Positions 27,998 to 36,891 of a stretch of DNA of 64,000 bases are shown here, piece after piece. Made by a program: the position numbers and the translations under genes. Below the pieces are notes generated by a model. That model was not told the origin of the DNA. It did not search any database and worked only from the letters and a program-made list of their open reading frames with translations. Source of the DNA: an uncultured Clostridia bacterium (GTDB lineage: Bacteria; Bacillota; Clostridia; TANB77; CAG-508); contig CALXAB010000001.1 in the NCBI GenBank assembly GCA_944386175.1, forward strand, positions 47,645 through 111,644. Direction: 5' to 3'. Position 1 is the stretch's first letter. Every line of letters starts with the position of its first letter.

Positions 27998-29317
27998 CTA
28001 TTTTTTATTTTTTTGTAGTATTTTTATAGTTTCATCTAGCGTTATAGTATTTTGTTCCCCTGAATTCATATCTTTTAATGTTATTACATTATTTTTTATT
28101 TCTTCATCTCCTATAATTATTACATAATTTGCATTAATATTATTAGCATACTTGAATTTTTTTCCTATCTTTTGTTGTTCAATATTAATTTGTACATTTA
28201 TACCCTTTTCTCTTAGTTTTGCAGCTACTTTTGCACACATTTCACAGTCATCTGTCATTGAAATTATTAATACTTCTGCAATTGTTTCTTCAGTTGCTGA
28301 AATTATTTTATTATCTATTAGTTGAAAAAATAGCCTTGATAATCCTATTGAAATCCCTACTCCTGGCATTTTTCTATCAGTATAAAATTCTGTTAAATTG
28401 TCATATCTTCCTCCTGAACATATACTTCCTAAGTTTTTATATTGATTTAAAAATGTTTCATAAACTGTTCCTGTATAATAATCTAACCCTCTAGCAATAC
28501 TCAAATCAATTTTATAATTCTCTTCTGGAACTCCAAATATTTCAATAAATTTAGAAACTTCTTTTATTTCTTTTATACCTTCATTAAATATTTCATTATT
28601 AATTTGCATATTTTCTAATTCTTTTATTTTTTCTTCATTGTTTCCTCCTATACCCAAAAATTTAATTATAACATTAGCTTTTTTTTCTGGCATAAGTACT
28701 AATAATTCTTTTTTTACTTCTTCTTTTCCTATTTTTTCTATTTTATCAATTATTCTTAATATTTCAGATGATATATCTTCAAGTTTTAAACTTGAAAAAA
28801 GTCCATTTAATATTTTTCGATTATTTATACATATTGTAAAATCATCAAATCCTAACTTTTTAAAGGTATTATATATAATAGATGGAATTTCTGCATCATT
28901 TATTATTGACAATTCACCATCTCCAATAATATCAACATCACATTGATAAAATTCTCTATATCTTCCTCTTTGAGGTTTCTCACCACGATATACTTTTCCT
29001 ATTTGGTATCTTTTAAATGGAAAACTTAATTTATCATAGTATTCAGTTACATATTTAGCTAATGGTACTGTTAAATCAAACCTCAAAGCTAAATCTGTAT
29101 CTCCTTTTTCAAATCTATAAATTTGTTTTTCCGTTTCTCCTCCAGCTTTGGCCAGTAAAACATTTGCATCTTCTATTATTGGTGTATCTAATGGTACAAA
29201 ACCATATTGTTCGTAAGATTCTTGTATTATCGCTCTCATTTTATTAAATAATATTTGTTCATTAGGTAATAATTCCATAAATCCTGGTAAAGTTTTTGGT
29301 TGTATTTTCCCTTTCAT
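27998..29317 (-). CDS. hisS: histidine--tRNA ligase, copy 1 (divergent type)
   Basis: Class II motifs FRYE-like (KQIYRFEKGD), RYREFYQCDVDIIG and GGRYDNL, plus a C-terminal anticodon-binding domain. 439 aa. Confidence 0.85.
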   Translation of the reverse strand: MKGKIQPKTLPGFMELLPNEQILFNKMRAIIQESYEQYGFVPLDTPIIEDANVLLAKAGGETEKQIYRFEKGDTDLALRFDLTVPLAKYVTEYYDKLSFPFKRYQIGKVYRGEKPQRGRYREFYQCDVDIIGDGELSIINDAEIPSIIYNTFKKLGFDDFTICINNRKILNGLFSSLKLEDISSEILRIIDKIEKIGKEEVKKELLVLMPEKKANVIIKFLGIGGNNEEKIKELENMQINNEIFNEGIKEIKEVSKFIEIFGVPEENYKIDLSIARGLDYYTGTVYETFLNQYKNLGSICSGGRYDNLTEFYTDRKMPGVGISIGLSRLFFQLIDNKIISATEETIAEVLIISMTDDCEMCAKVAAKLREKGINVQINIEQQKIGKKFKYANNINANYVIIIGDEEIKNNVITLKDMNSGEQNTITLDETIKILQKNKK

Positions 29318-29329
29318 TCTAACTCCTCC

Positions 29330-29980
29330 TTAATAATCTCCTTTAATATTTTTTTTCTTTTTATTTCCTTGTTTTTTATGTCTTTCAATTAATTTATCTT
29401 CTATTTCTTGTATTGAAACATTAGATTTAAACATTAATACTAGTGTATGATATATTAAATCAGAAATTTCTCCTATCAATTCTTTTTTATCTATGTTTTT
29501 CGCAGCTATTACTGTTTCAGTTGCTTCTTCACCAACTTTTTTGCATATTTTATCTATTCCTTCATCTAATAAATAATTAGTATATGAATTTTCCTTTGGA
29601 TTAATATTTCTATCAATTATCTGATTATAAATATCCTGTAAGATATTTGTATCATCATTATTTTCATAAGAAACTATTTCCTTAAAAAAGCATGAATAGT
29701 TACCAGTATGACATGCTCCTTTTCCTTCCTGCTTTACATAAATCAACAATGTGTCGTTGTCACAATCTAAATACATGCCTTTTATTTCTTGAATATTTCC
29801 TGATGTTTCTCCTTTATGCCATAATTCTTTTCTACTTCTTGAATAAAAACATGTTTGTTTGTTTTCTATCATATATTTATAACTATCTTCGTTTACATAT
29901 GCTAACATCAATACTTCTTTTGTTTTATAATCTTGTACTATTGCTGGAATTAACTCCATCTTTTTAAAATCTGGCTTCAA
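29330..29980 (-). CDS. hisIE: bifunctional phosphoribosyl-AMP cyclohydrolase / phosphoribosyl-ATP pyrophosphatase
   Basis: HisI part [18 protein letters not shown]...DCDNDTLL...ACHTG. HisE part [15 protein letters not shown]. Confidence 0.9.
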   Translation of the reverse strand: MKPDFKKMELIPAIVQDYKTKEVLMLAYVNEDSYKYMIENKQTCFYSRSRKELWHKGETSGNIQEIKGMYLDCDNDTLLIYVKQEGKGACHTGNYSCFFKEIVSYENNDDTNILQDIYNQIIDRNINPKENSYTNYLLDEGIDKICKKVGEEATETVIAAKNIDKKELIGEISDLIYHTLVLMFKSNVSIQEIEDKLIERHKKQGNKKKKNIKGDY

Positions 29981-30082
29981 TATTCTTCAACTCCTAAAAT
30001 ATTTATATTACTTATATATTGTTATTTTTATTGTGGGGAAAATAATACAATTATTTTCCCCTTTGATTAAACACTTTAAATC

Positions 30083-31447
30083 TTAAAGCTCTTTATCAAG
30101 GTAGATTTTTAAATCTTCCTCTTTTCTCTCTTTCTGTAATCTTCTCATCTTGTCAACACTACTTACACCTTCAAGTAATTTAAATCCTAATTTCACGGCA
30201 ATATTATAGGACATAGATTTACCTATTTCGAGAGTTTTCATATATACTCTTTCATAACCATCCTCTTTCATTACTTCAATAGCATATTTCATTAACTCTG
30301 TCCCAATTCCTTTTCCACGAAACTCTTGTAAGACTGTTATATCAGCAAGATATGCTGTTTTTTCTGGATTATCATAATGGACAGGATGCCTATCTTTTAA
30401 TAACATTTTTCTAAAAGTTACTGTTCCTATACATTCATCTCCAATATAATATCCATAAACATGACCGTATTTTGTTAGTTCTTCATATTCTTCTTTGATT
30501 AAATCATCTGTCCAATCCTCACAATATGGGGGATTACAAAATACTTTATATGCTTTTATAAAGTCTTTTATTTTATCTGGTGTTATTGCTTTGATTCTCC
30601 GTGCCATCATAGTTTTTTCCTCCTCTAATTCAATTGAATATTTTTTTCCATCAGTTTCAACATTGCCTAAAATAGTAGCCTTTTCAAAATTCCCTTCTTT
30701 ATAGATTATGTCTGCTGTAATAATCAATCCAGAAGGCTGTAAAACATCAATTTTTACACTTTCATTTTTTAAATAAGCTTCTACAATACATGTAGCTGTT
30801 GTCCCAGACCCACATGCTGTTTCATAGAAAAGTGTATGAATTTCCTTAACCCATACAATTGGATTAATCTTTATTACACCTTTTTCTTTTTCGCAGAACA
30901 TAACTCCTACTGCTTCACTATATTCAAGATGATATTTATGAATATAGTGCATCCCCATTGCTTTTAAATCCTTCTTATTAATAAGATATTTTTTAGCAAT
31001 TTCATCTTGAATAACTACAGTTACCATACCATTCATTTTTACAATAAAAATTCCTGGCTCTTTTTCAGTGATTACATCATCACCATGATAAAGTGGAATT
31101 TCGCACCATGCCTTTCCTTCTTCATCAACTCCTGCATTAATCAAATCTTTAGAATTTACAAACATTTGTAAATTCCCTGATTTACCATTTAAATAAATGG
31201 TTGCTGCACTTCTTGTTGCATTACCACAAAACTCTCCCCCTGCCATTTGCAATTCAGGTTTATGATTTAATTCAATAAACCCAACCTGCTCAACATTAGA
31301 ATGTTTTGCCATAATCAAATCGTTGATTTTCTTTCTCTGTTTTTGTGTATATTCCAATCCATAAACGAATGCTGTATCATTACCAGCTGGTCTATAAATT
31401 GAATATTCCACATTAGTTACAGATGCTTTGCAATGTTTTTCGTTCAT
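30083..31447 (-). CDS. fusion protein: DapF-fold PLP-independent racemase/epimerase (N-terminal) + GNAT acetyltransferase (C-terminal)
   Basis: RPAGNDTAFV, GGEFCGNATRSAA and ETACGSGTTATC (two catalytic-Cys motifs of the DapF fold). The C-terminal part has VLQEFRGKGIGTELMKYA (GNAT motif A). Confidence 0.65.
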   Translation of the reverse strand: MNEKHCKASVTNVEYSIYRPAGNDTAFVYGLEYTQKQRKKINDLIMAKHSNVEQVGFIELNHKPELQMAGGEFCGNATRSAATIYLNGKSGNLQMFVNSKDLINAGVDEEGKAWCEIPLYHGDDVITEKEPGIFIVKMNGMVTVVIQDEIAKKYLINKKDLKAMGMHYIHKYHLEYSEAVGVMFCEKEKGVIKINPIVWVKEIHTLFYETACGSGTTATCIVEAYLKNESVKIDVLQPSGLIITADIIYKEGNFEKATILGNVETDGKKYSIELEEEKTMMARRIKAITPDKIKDFIKAYKVFCNPPYCEDWTDDLIKEEYEELTKYGHVYGYYIGDECIGTVTFRKMLLKDRHPVHYDNPEKTAYLADITVLQEFRGKGIGTELMKYAIEVMKEDGYERVYMKTLEIGKSMSYNIAVKLGFKLLEGVSSVDKMRRLQKERKEEDLKIYLDKEL

Positions 31448-31520
31448 AATGTTCTCCTTTCTTTGAATTGAAGGTAAGTATAAAATATTTATACTTAGTA
31501 ATGAATAAATTACATTAATT

Positions 31521-31549
31521 ATTATATATTCATTTTATGTAAAAGTCAA
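31521..31549 (-). promoter_or_regulatory. sigma-A-type promoter for the racemase-GNAT/hisIE/hisS unit
   Basis: TTGACT (31549-31544), 17-nt spacer, TATAAT (31526-31521). Its -35 overlaps the hairpin GTAAAAGTC...GACTTTTAC (31539-31577) just after the hisG stop. Confidence 0.5.
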
Positions 31550-31579
31550 GAAAATCCAGTATATTCAAGACTTTTACGG

Positions 31580-32215
31580 TTATTTATTATTTTGTTTTTC
31601 TATTAAATCAATTAAATTTAAAATTTCTTCCTTCTTATACTTAAATTTAGTCTTATTACAAATTAATCTTGTACTTACATCTGCTATTTTCTCTATAACT
31701 TCTAAGCCATTCGCTTTCAATGTTGCTCCTGTTTCTACTATATCTACTATTGCATCTGTTAATCCAACTACTGGTCCTAATTCAACTGACCCTTCAAGTT
31801 TTATTATTTCAACATCTTCATCTTTACTTTCAAAATAGTTTTTAGCAACACTAGGATATTTTGTTGCTATCCTTTTTCTTCTATTTAATTTTAGATTTTT
31901 ATATTCAGGATAACTACAGACTGCAAATGAGCATTTTCCTATTTCCAAATCTAGTAATTCATAATAATTTTTAAAAGAATTTTCCAGTAATGTATCACTA
32001 CCTACAATTCCTATATCAACAATACCATGTTCAATAAAGGTAACTACATCGTTTGACTTTGCAAATATTATTATCATTTTATCTTCTACGTTTATTTGTA
32101 ATTCTCTTTTTTTATTTATCATAGATTCTACATTATATCCTAATTTTTCTAACATTTCTGTCATCTTTTTTTCTATTCTACCCTTTGTTAAGGCTATCTT
32201 TAACATTTTGTTCAC
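31580..32215 (-). CDS. hisG: ATP phosphoribosyltransferase, short form
   Basis: 211 aa. [13 protein letters not shown] and [18 protein letters not shown]. The short HisG form requires HisZ. Confidence 0.9.
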   Translation of the reverse strand: MNKMLKIALTKGRIEKKMTEMLEKLGYNVESMINKKRELQINVEDKMIIIFAKSNDVVTFIEHGIVDIGIVGSDTLLENSFKNYYELLDLEIGKCSFAVCSYPEYKNLKLNRRKRIATKYPSVAKNYFESKDEDVEIIKLEGSVELGPVVGLTDAIVDIVETGATLKANGLEVIEKIADVSTRLICNKTKFKYKKEEILNLIDLIEKQNNK

Positions 32216-33176
32216 CTGCTCTTTCTACTGCTTTTAATATATTATCCATATAATAAGCCATTCCTATGGCTGGTACATCCTTTCCGAAATTGTTATATAA
32301 TTTGTCATATCTTCCACCACTTATTATAGGTTCTTCTACAAATTTACTATATACTTTAAATATAATTCCTGTATAATATTCCATATTAGGAACACAAGCC
32401 AAATCAAACAAATCTTGTTGTTTCATATTCATGGTTTCATACAATTCTTTCAATTCTATTAGACTATTCTTTAATTCATTATCTCTTAATTTTTCTATGG
32501 TTCTTACTAATATTTCTATATTTCCATTAAGTCTTGGTAAAGATATTAAAAAATTGCTTATATTTTTATCTATATTATATTTATCACAAAATTTTTTTAA
32601 TCCACTTATATTTTTTTGTAGTAATAGCTGCGAAAACTCTTTCTTTTTTTCAGATCCAACTATTTGGCATAATCTATTATAAAAACTAGCTGAACCAAGT
32701 TCTATCTTTAAATCCTTTAATCCAAAAAGTGGTAAAGATTTTTGTAATAATGATATACACTCTACATCTCCTTCTATTGCTTTTTTTCCAATTAATTCTA
32801 TCCCTACTTGGTATATTTCGCTATTCTTTCCTTTATGTTCCTTTTCTTTTCTATATACTTTTCCAAAATAGCAATACCTTTTTATTTCATCTTTTTTTTG
32901 TGATACATAGTATCTAGCTATTGGAACTGTAAAATCCCATCTTAAAGCAACATCTTTTCCTTCTTTATTTATATATTTGAATAAAGTACTCTCATCTAAA
33001 TTCTTATATACACTTTTATATAATTCCACATATTCAAATGTTGGCATCAGCATTTCTATATATTTTTCATCATAGAATATCTTTCTCAATTTACTTTCAA
33101 AATTTCTTAATTTATTAACATTCTCAGTAATTACCCCACTACTTTCTTCTGGTATTGAAAATTTGTATAATTCCAT
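32178..33176 (-). CDS. hisZ: ATP phosphoribosyltransferase regulatory subunit (HisRS paralog without anticodon-binding domain)
   Basis: 332 aa with a HisRS-like catalytic core ([19 protein letters not shown]). Overlaps hisG. Confidence 0.85.
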   Translation of the reverse strand: MELYKFSIPEESSGVITENVNKLRNFESKLRKIFYDEKYIEMLMPTFEYVELYKSVYKNLDESTLFKYINKEGKDVALRWDFTVPIARYYVSQKKDEIKRYCYFGKVYRKEKEHKGKNSEIYQVGIELIGKKAIEGDVECISLLQKSLPLFGLKDLKIELGSASFYNRLCQIVGSEKKKEFSQLLLQKNISGLKKFCDKYNIDKNISNFLISLPRLNGNIEILVRTIEKLRDNELKNSLIELKELYETMNMKQQDLFDLACVPNMEYYTGIIFKVYSKFVEEPIISGGRYDKLYNNFGKDVPAIGMAYYMDNILKAVERAGEQNVKDSLNKG

Positions 33177-33196
33177 AAAAATTCTCCTTTCACATT

Positions 33197-33251
33197 AAAA
33201 AGCTATATAGTTAAATAATATCTTTCTATGAATATTATCTACCTATATAGC
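33197..33251 (-). terminator. attenuator terminator in the hisZG leader
   Basis: On the minus strand: GCTATATAGG (33242-33251) ... CTATATAGC + TTTTT (33197-33210), 20 nt upstream of the hisZ RBS. Confidence 0.65.
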
Positions 33252-33314
33252 TTTATATTTTTATATAGGCACATCAAAATCGACTTGTGCCTATACATTA
33301 TATTAGACACAAGT

Positions 33315-33362
33315 TTAAAAATGATGATGCACTTTATTTATATTTTTAGTTATATTCTTCAT
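33315..33362 (-). CDS. 15-aa leader peptide MKNITKNINKVHHHF with three consecutive His codons
   Basis: AAGAGGAA RBS, ATG at 33362-33360, CAT CAT CAT at 33329-33321, TAA at 33317-33315. Followed by overlapping alternative stems. Confidence 0.6.
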   Translation of the reverse strand: MKNITKNINKVHHHF

Positions 33363-33392
33363 TTTTATTCCTCTTTTTTCTTATTTTTAATT

Positions 33393-33421
33393 ATAATACA
33401 TTATTTTTTTATATATGTCAA
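33393..33421 (-). promoter_or_regulatory. sigma-A-type promoter of the hisZG leader
   Basis: TTGACA (33421-33416), 17-nt spacer, TATTAT (33398-33393). Confidence 0.6.
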
Positions 33422-33482
33422 GTACAAAATTCATTTTTTTTAACATGCTATAACCAATTATGATTATAGCATGCTTTAGATT

Positions 33483-33767
33483 TTACTTAGAGAAAGATAT
33501 AATTGCATAATGTCGCTTTGCATCAATTTGATAATAAGAATGCCCCCTAATATTAATTGGCTTTTCTATTGTTTTAATAGAAATTTTCAGCCCATTACCA
33601 TTTGCCCAGCTTGTTAGTTCTCTTTCCATAGCAACATCTACATCCCTTTTTTCTTTTTCAATCTGAACTTTCTTGAAAAATACTAATGCTACTTTTACTT
33701 TGAACTTAATCCATTCCGTATCAAACCGTGACCTTTCTCTTCTTTTTCTACTTTCAAATTTTGACAT
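33483..33767 (-). CDS. hypothetical basic protein (94 aa)
   Basis: ORF only. Followed by the hairpin AGCATGCTATAA..TTATAGCATGTT. Confidence 0.35.
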   Translation of the reverse strand: MSKFESRKRRERSRFDTEWIKFKVKVALVFFKKVQIEKEKRDVDVAMERELTSWANGNGLKISIKTIEKPINIRGHSYYQIDAKRHYAIISFSK

Positions 33768-33873
33768 ATAGATTTACCTCCTACTATTTATTTTATTTAT
33801 TTTATCACATACACTTATATTTTTCAATTAAAATTTTAGGAAGCCATGCATTATACACAGCTCCCTATGATTT

Positions 33874-35205
33874 TCAGTCCTTATTATTAGTTTCGATAAA
33901 TTGCATAATCCCTTCATAGTCAAAGATACCGAACTCTCGATTGTTTCCAGTTTCCATATCCTTGACTTGGATTTTTTGCTGTTTGATTTCATCTTCCCCA
34001 ATAATAATAACGTAAGGAATGTTCATTTTGTTGGCATAATTCATACTTTTTTTCAGTTTCTGAGTCTTTTTTTCCATTTCTGTTTTGATTCCAACTTCAC
34101 GCATTTTAGTAACAAACTTAAATGTCTGTTCTTCTGTTCCCATTGGAATCACAAACAAATCAACGGTAGAAAACTTTTTGTCAGAATTCTTTAAGACTAA
34201 AATTTCATATATAACATCTAATCCAAAAGACATTCCAACTGCTGGATATTCATTTCCATCATCAATGAATGTTGTAATAATTTTATCGTATCTGCCTCCT
34301 CCTCCTATGCTCATGTTGAAATCTTGTACACCAACTTTTCTGTCTTTCAGGAAAATCTCCCAAACTGTACCAGTATATATATCAATCCCTCTTGCCAAAT
34401 AAGGAGCAAATTTCATGCATTTTTCGGCCTCTGTTCCTGACAGATAATCATATAATGCATCAATTTCTTTTATCCCTTCGGCAATCATTTCATTATCATA
34501 TACTGATAATAATCTTTTTAATGTTACATAATCAGAGTTTAGAACATTTTTCAATGCCTCCACTTTATTGGCATCAATACCAATAGCTGCAAACTCTTCA
34601 AATAATTCTTCCTCTGTGAGTTTGGCAAACTTATCAATCAACATGATTGATTTTCTTAATATTTCTTCCGAAACATCACCAAAAATAGAGAAGATGATAC
34701 CACTCAATAGCTTTCTGTTGTTGAATTCTATTTCAATGTCAAGTCCTAGCTCTTTATATGCTTCGCTTGTCATTGTCATGTATTCTGCTTCTGCTAAAAC
34801 ACTTTTAACTCCAACAACATCAACATCGCATTGGGTAAATTCTCTGTTTCTACCTACCTTAACTGGACCATCTCTAAAAACTTTTCCAATCTCATACCGT
34901 TTAAAGGGTAAGGTAACTCCTTTATTTGAACTAATCAATTTAGAAAAAGTGATTGTCAAATCATACCTTAAACCCAGTTTTCTTTTTCCTTGATCACTCA
35001 ATTTGTACATCTCGTTCAGAATATCTGCACCTTCTGAATATTTAGATGCCAATAAGTCATACATACAAAGAATTGGTGTTTCGACTGGTGAAAATCCGTA
35101 CTTTACAAAGATGCTTTGCAATACACTTTTGATTTTTTCCCGGATAATTTGTTTTTCCGGCAAATAATCATAAGTCCCCTTTAAGTTTTCAAAATTTCTG
35201 CTCAT
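33874..35205 (-). CDS. hisS: histidine--tRNA ligase, copy 2 (canonical bacterial type)
   Basis: KGTYDYLPEKQ, LRYDLTITFSK, NREFTQCDVDVVG and GGGGRYDK, plus an anticodon-binding domain. 443 aa. Confidence 0.85.
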   Translation of the reverse strand: MSRNFENLKGTYDYLPEKQIIREKIKSVLQSIFVKYGFSPVETPILCMYDLLASKYSEGADILNEMYKLSDQGKRKLGLRYDLTITFSKLISSNKGVTLPFKRYEIGKVFRDGPVKVGRNREFTQCDVDVVGVKSVLAEAEYMTMTSEAYKELGLDIEIEFNNRKLLSGIIFSIFGDVSEEILRKSIMLIDKFAKLTEEELFEEFAAIGIDANKVEALKNVLNSDYVTLKRLLSVYDNEMIAEGIKEIDALYDYLSGTEAEKCMKFAPYLARGIDIYTGTVWEIFLKDRKVGVQDFNMSIGGGGRYDKIITTFIDDGNEYPAVGMSFGLDVIYEILVLKNSDKKFSTVDLFVIPMGTEEQTFKFVTKMREVGIKTEMEKKTQKLKKSMNYANKMNIPYVIIIGEDEIKQQKIQVKDMETGNNREFGIFDYEGIMQFIETNNKD

Positions 35206-35334
35206 AAAATTACTCCTTTCTGAAAATCATGGAAAATCATACTTTTAATTTTCCTTAGTCTATATGAACATTCTTCGCAATTATTATACTGTATTTTACT
35301 AAATTTGTCAATTATTTACATAATTTTTTCACCT

Positions 35335-35386
35335 AAAAAAGCACATTATATCAATACTTTTGATACAATATGCTTTAATAATTTTA
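35335..35386 (-). terminator. rho-independent terminator after the purD-like fragment
   Basis: On the minus strand: AAAGCATATTGTATCAA..TTGATATAATGTGCTTT followed by TTTAGG. Confidence 0.55.
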
Positions 35387-35450
35387 ATATAAATTATTAT
35401 TTTATATTTAATTATTTATATAGTATTTATAATTTTTATATGTTACATTA

Positions 35451-36125
35451 TTAAAATTCCCTTATATCATATCTAAAATATAGTCCATCCATTTTTATTT
35501 TATGAAAATCTTTTATTATATTTTCTTTGACTTTATTAAAATCTTTTCCTACTCTTCTTAATGCAAATACTCTACCTCCTGAAGGATATAGTATATTATT
35601 TTTTGATATTATATGTTCCCCTATAATATCTGTTGTATTTTTTACTTTGTTCATACCTAAAATTGGTTCATCAAAACTACTTCTTTCTACTTCTGGATAT
35701 CCTGCTGAAAATCCATACATTGCTATAGAAAAGCAGTCTTTTTTCCAACAATTATTTATCTTTTCTACATCTTCATAAAAGAAATTTATTATATCTATAA
35801 AAGGTTTATTCAGTAACCCTAATAAAGCTAACCACTCTGGATTACCTGTTCTTGTATTATATTCTAATACATATACTTTTTTATCTTCGGTAACCATTAT
35901 TCCTATATATAAAATATAGTTATATTCCATATTTTCTTTTTTCATACCTCTTATAGTTGGTTCTATTATATCTTTTTTTAATTGTTCTTCTTTTTCTGTG
36001 CTAACTCTTGCATAAGCACATACTCTTAAATTACCTTTTATAACTTCTCCTGTTGTTCTATTAATTCTTCCTTTTTTCTTCTCTATTACTTGTACTTTCA
36101 AATTTAACCTCTCTTTCTCAAGCAT
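35451..36125 (-). pseudogene. chimeric ORF: first 48 codons of an LSR gene fused in frame to the C-terminal ~176 aa of a PurD-like (phosphoribosylamine-glycine ligase) gene
   Basis: Residues 1-48 (MLEKERLNLKVQVIEKKKGRINRTTGEVIKGNLRVCAYARVSTEKEEQ) are almost identical to LSR 48681-50573. From 35981 leftwards the sequence matches the PurD C-terminal half (EYNTRTGNPEW, SGGRVFAL, DGLYFRYDI). Confidence 0.8.
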
Positions 36126-36168
36126 AGAGAATCTTTATGTTTGTATTATATACTAAAATTTTATATTT

Positions 36169-36354
36169 TTAAATACCTATGTGGATTAAATTATATTCTT
36201 TTAAAATATTTTGTTTTAGTTCTAAATATCTTTTCTCTTTAATTAATCCTGCATTATATGTTTTATTTAGAATTGCTATTTTAATGCTACAATTAAAAAT
36301 ATTTTCATTTAGTTTTACATTTTTCGTATTATCAAATTTTACTTCGTACAACAT
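36169..36354 (-). CDS. 61-aa conserved small ORF preceding the LSR (copy A)
   Basis: MLYEVKFDNTKNVKLNENIFNCSIKIAILNKTYNAGLIKEKRYLELKQNILKEYNLIHIGI. Nearly identical to copy C and homologous to copy B. Confidence 0.6.
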   Translation of the reverse strand: MLYEVKFDNTKNVKLNENIFNCSIKIAILNKTYNAGLIKEKRYLELKQNILKEYNLIHIGI

Positions 36355-36439
36355 AAAAATCCTCCTCTGCTTGAATTAAATTTCAAAAAAGAGCGACAAA
36401 AAAGCCAGCCGGCTAGCTAGACTGACTTCTTTGTCTTAC

Positions 36440-36890
36440 ATTTTTTGATAATACAATTATATTATGCTGTTCTATAAAGTTCAATTCCCGTTTTTTTCCC
36501 TTTTTTCTATTTTAATTGATAAAGCGTTGACTTTTTAGTTAGTACACTAAGTAAACTTGTGTAAAAATTTTTTTAATTATTTTTTACTTTATTATTTTTG
36601 AGTTCACTTAGTGTACTTTTTGTTTTGTATTTAAAAACCTTAGTTCACTTAGTGAATAAAAAACTAACTTTCAAGTACACTTGGTGAACTTTTTCTTAAA
36701 AATCACTTATTTTTCGTTCATTTAGTGAACTTTTGCACTCTCAAAGGCATTTTTTAGCTGTTCATTCGGTGAATTTCCGCATCAAATTTGCTTAAAATTT
36801 TTGTTCTTTTGTTAACTCTTGAAGGCTTGTCCTTCAATGTGTATAGGCGATGTGTGCACACTCGCTTTCCTGCCTTTAGTATTGTTTTTT
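36440..36890 (-). repeat. R module, copy A
   Basis: Dyads at 36541-36557, 36601-36617, 36642-36658, 36674-36690, 36716-36730 and 36760-36774. Core and hairpin at 36812-36874. Ends 2 nt from the stop of the ABC gene. Confidence 0.85.
36456..36484 (-). promoter_or_regulatory. consensus sigma-A promoter of unit A'
   Basis: TTGAAC (36484-36479), 17-nt spacer, TATAAT (36461-36456). A terminator-like leader hairpin at 36403-36427 plus a T-run follows. Confidence 0.6.
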
Positions 36891-36891
36891 A

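Noticed and set aside
35206-35450. T-box leader upstream of hisS copy 2 (and upstream of hisS copy 1)
   Set aside because: No specifier-loop or T-box consensus (AGAGA / GGUGGNACCGCG-like) is visible. The region contains only the terminator of the upstream fragment and an A/T-rich promoter area.
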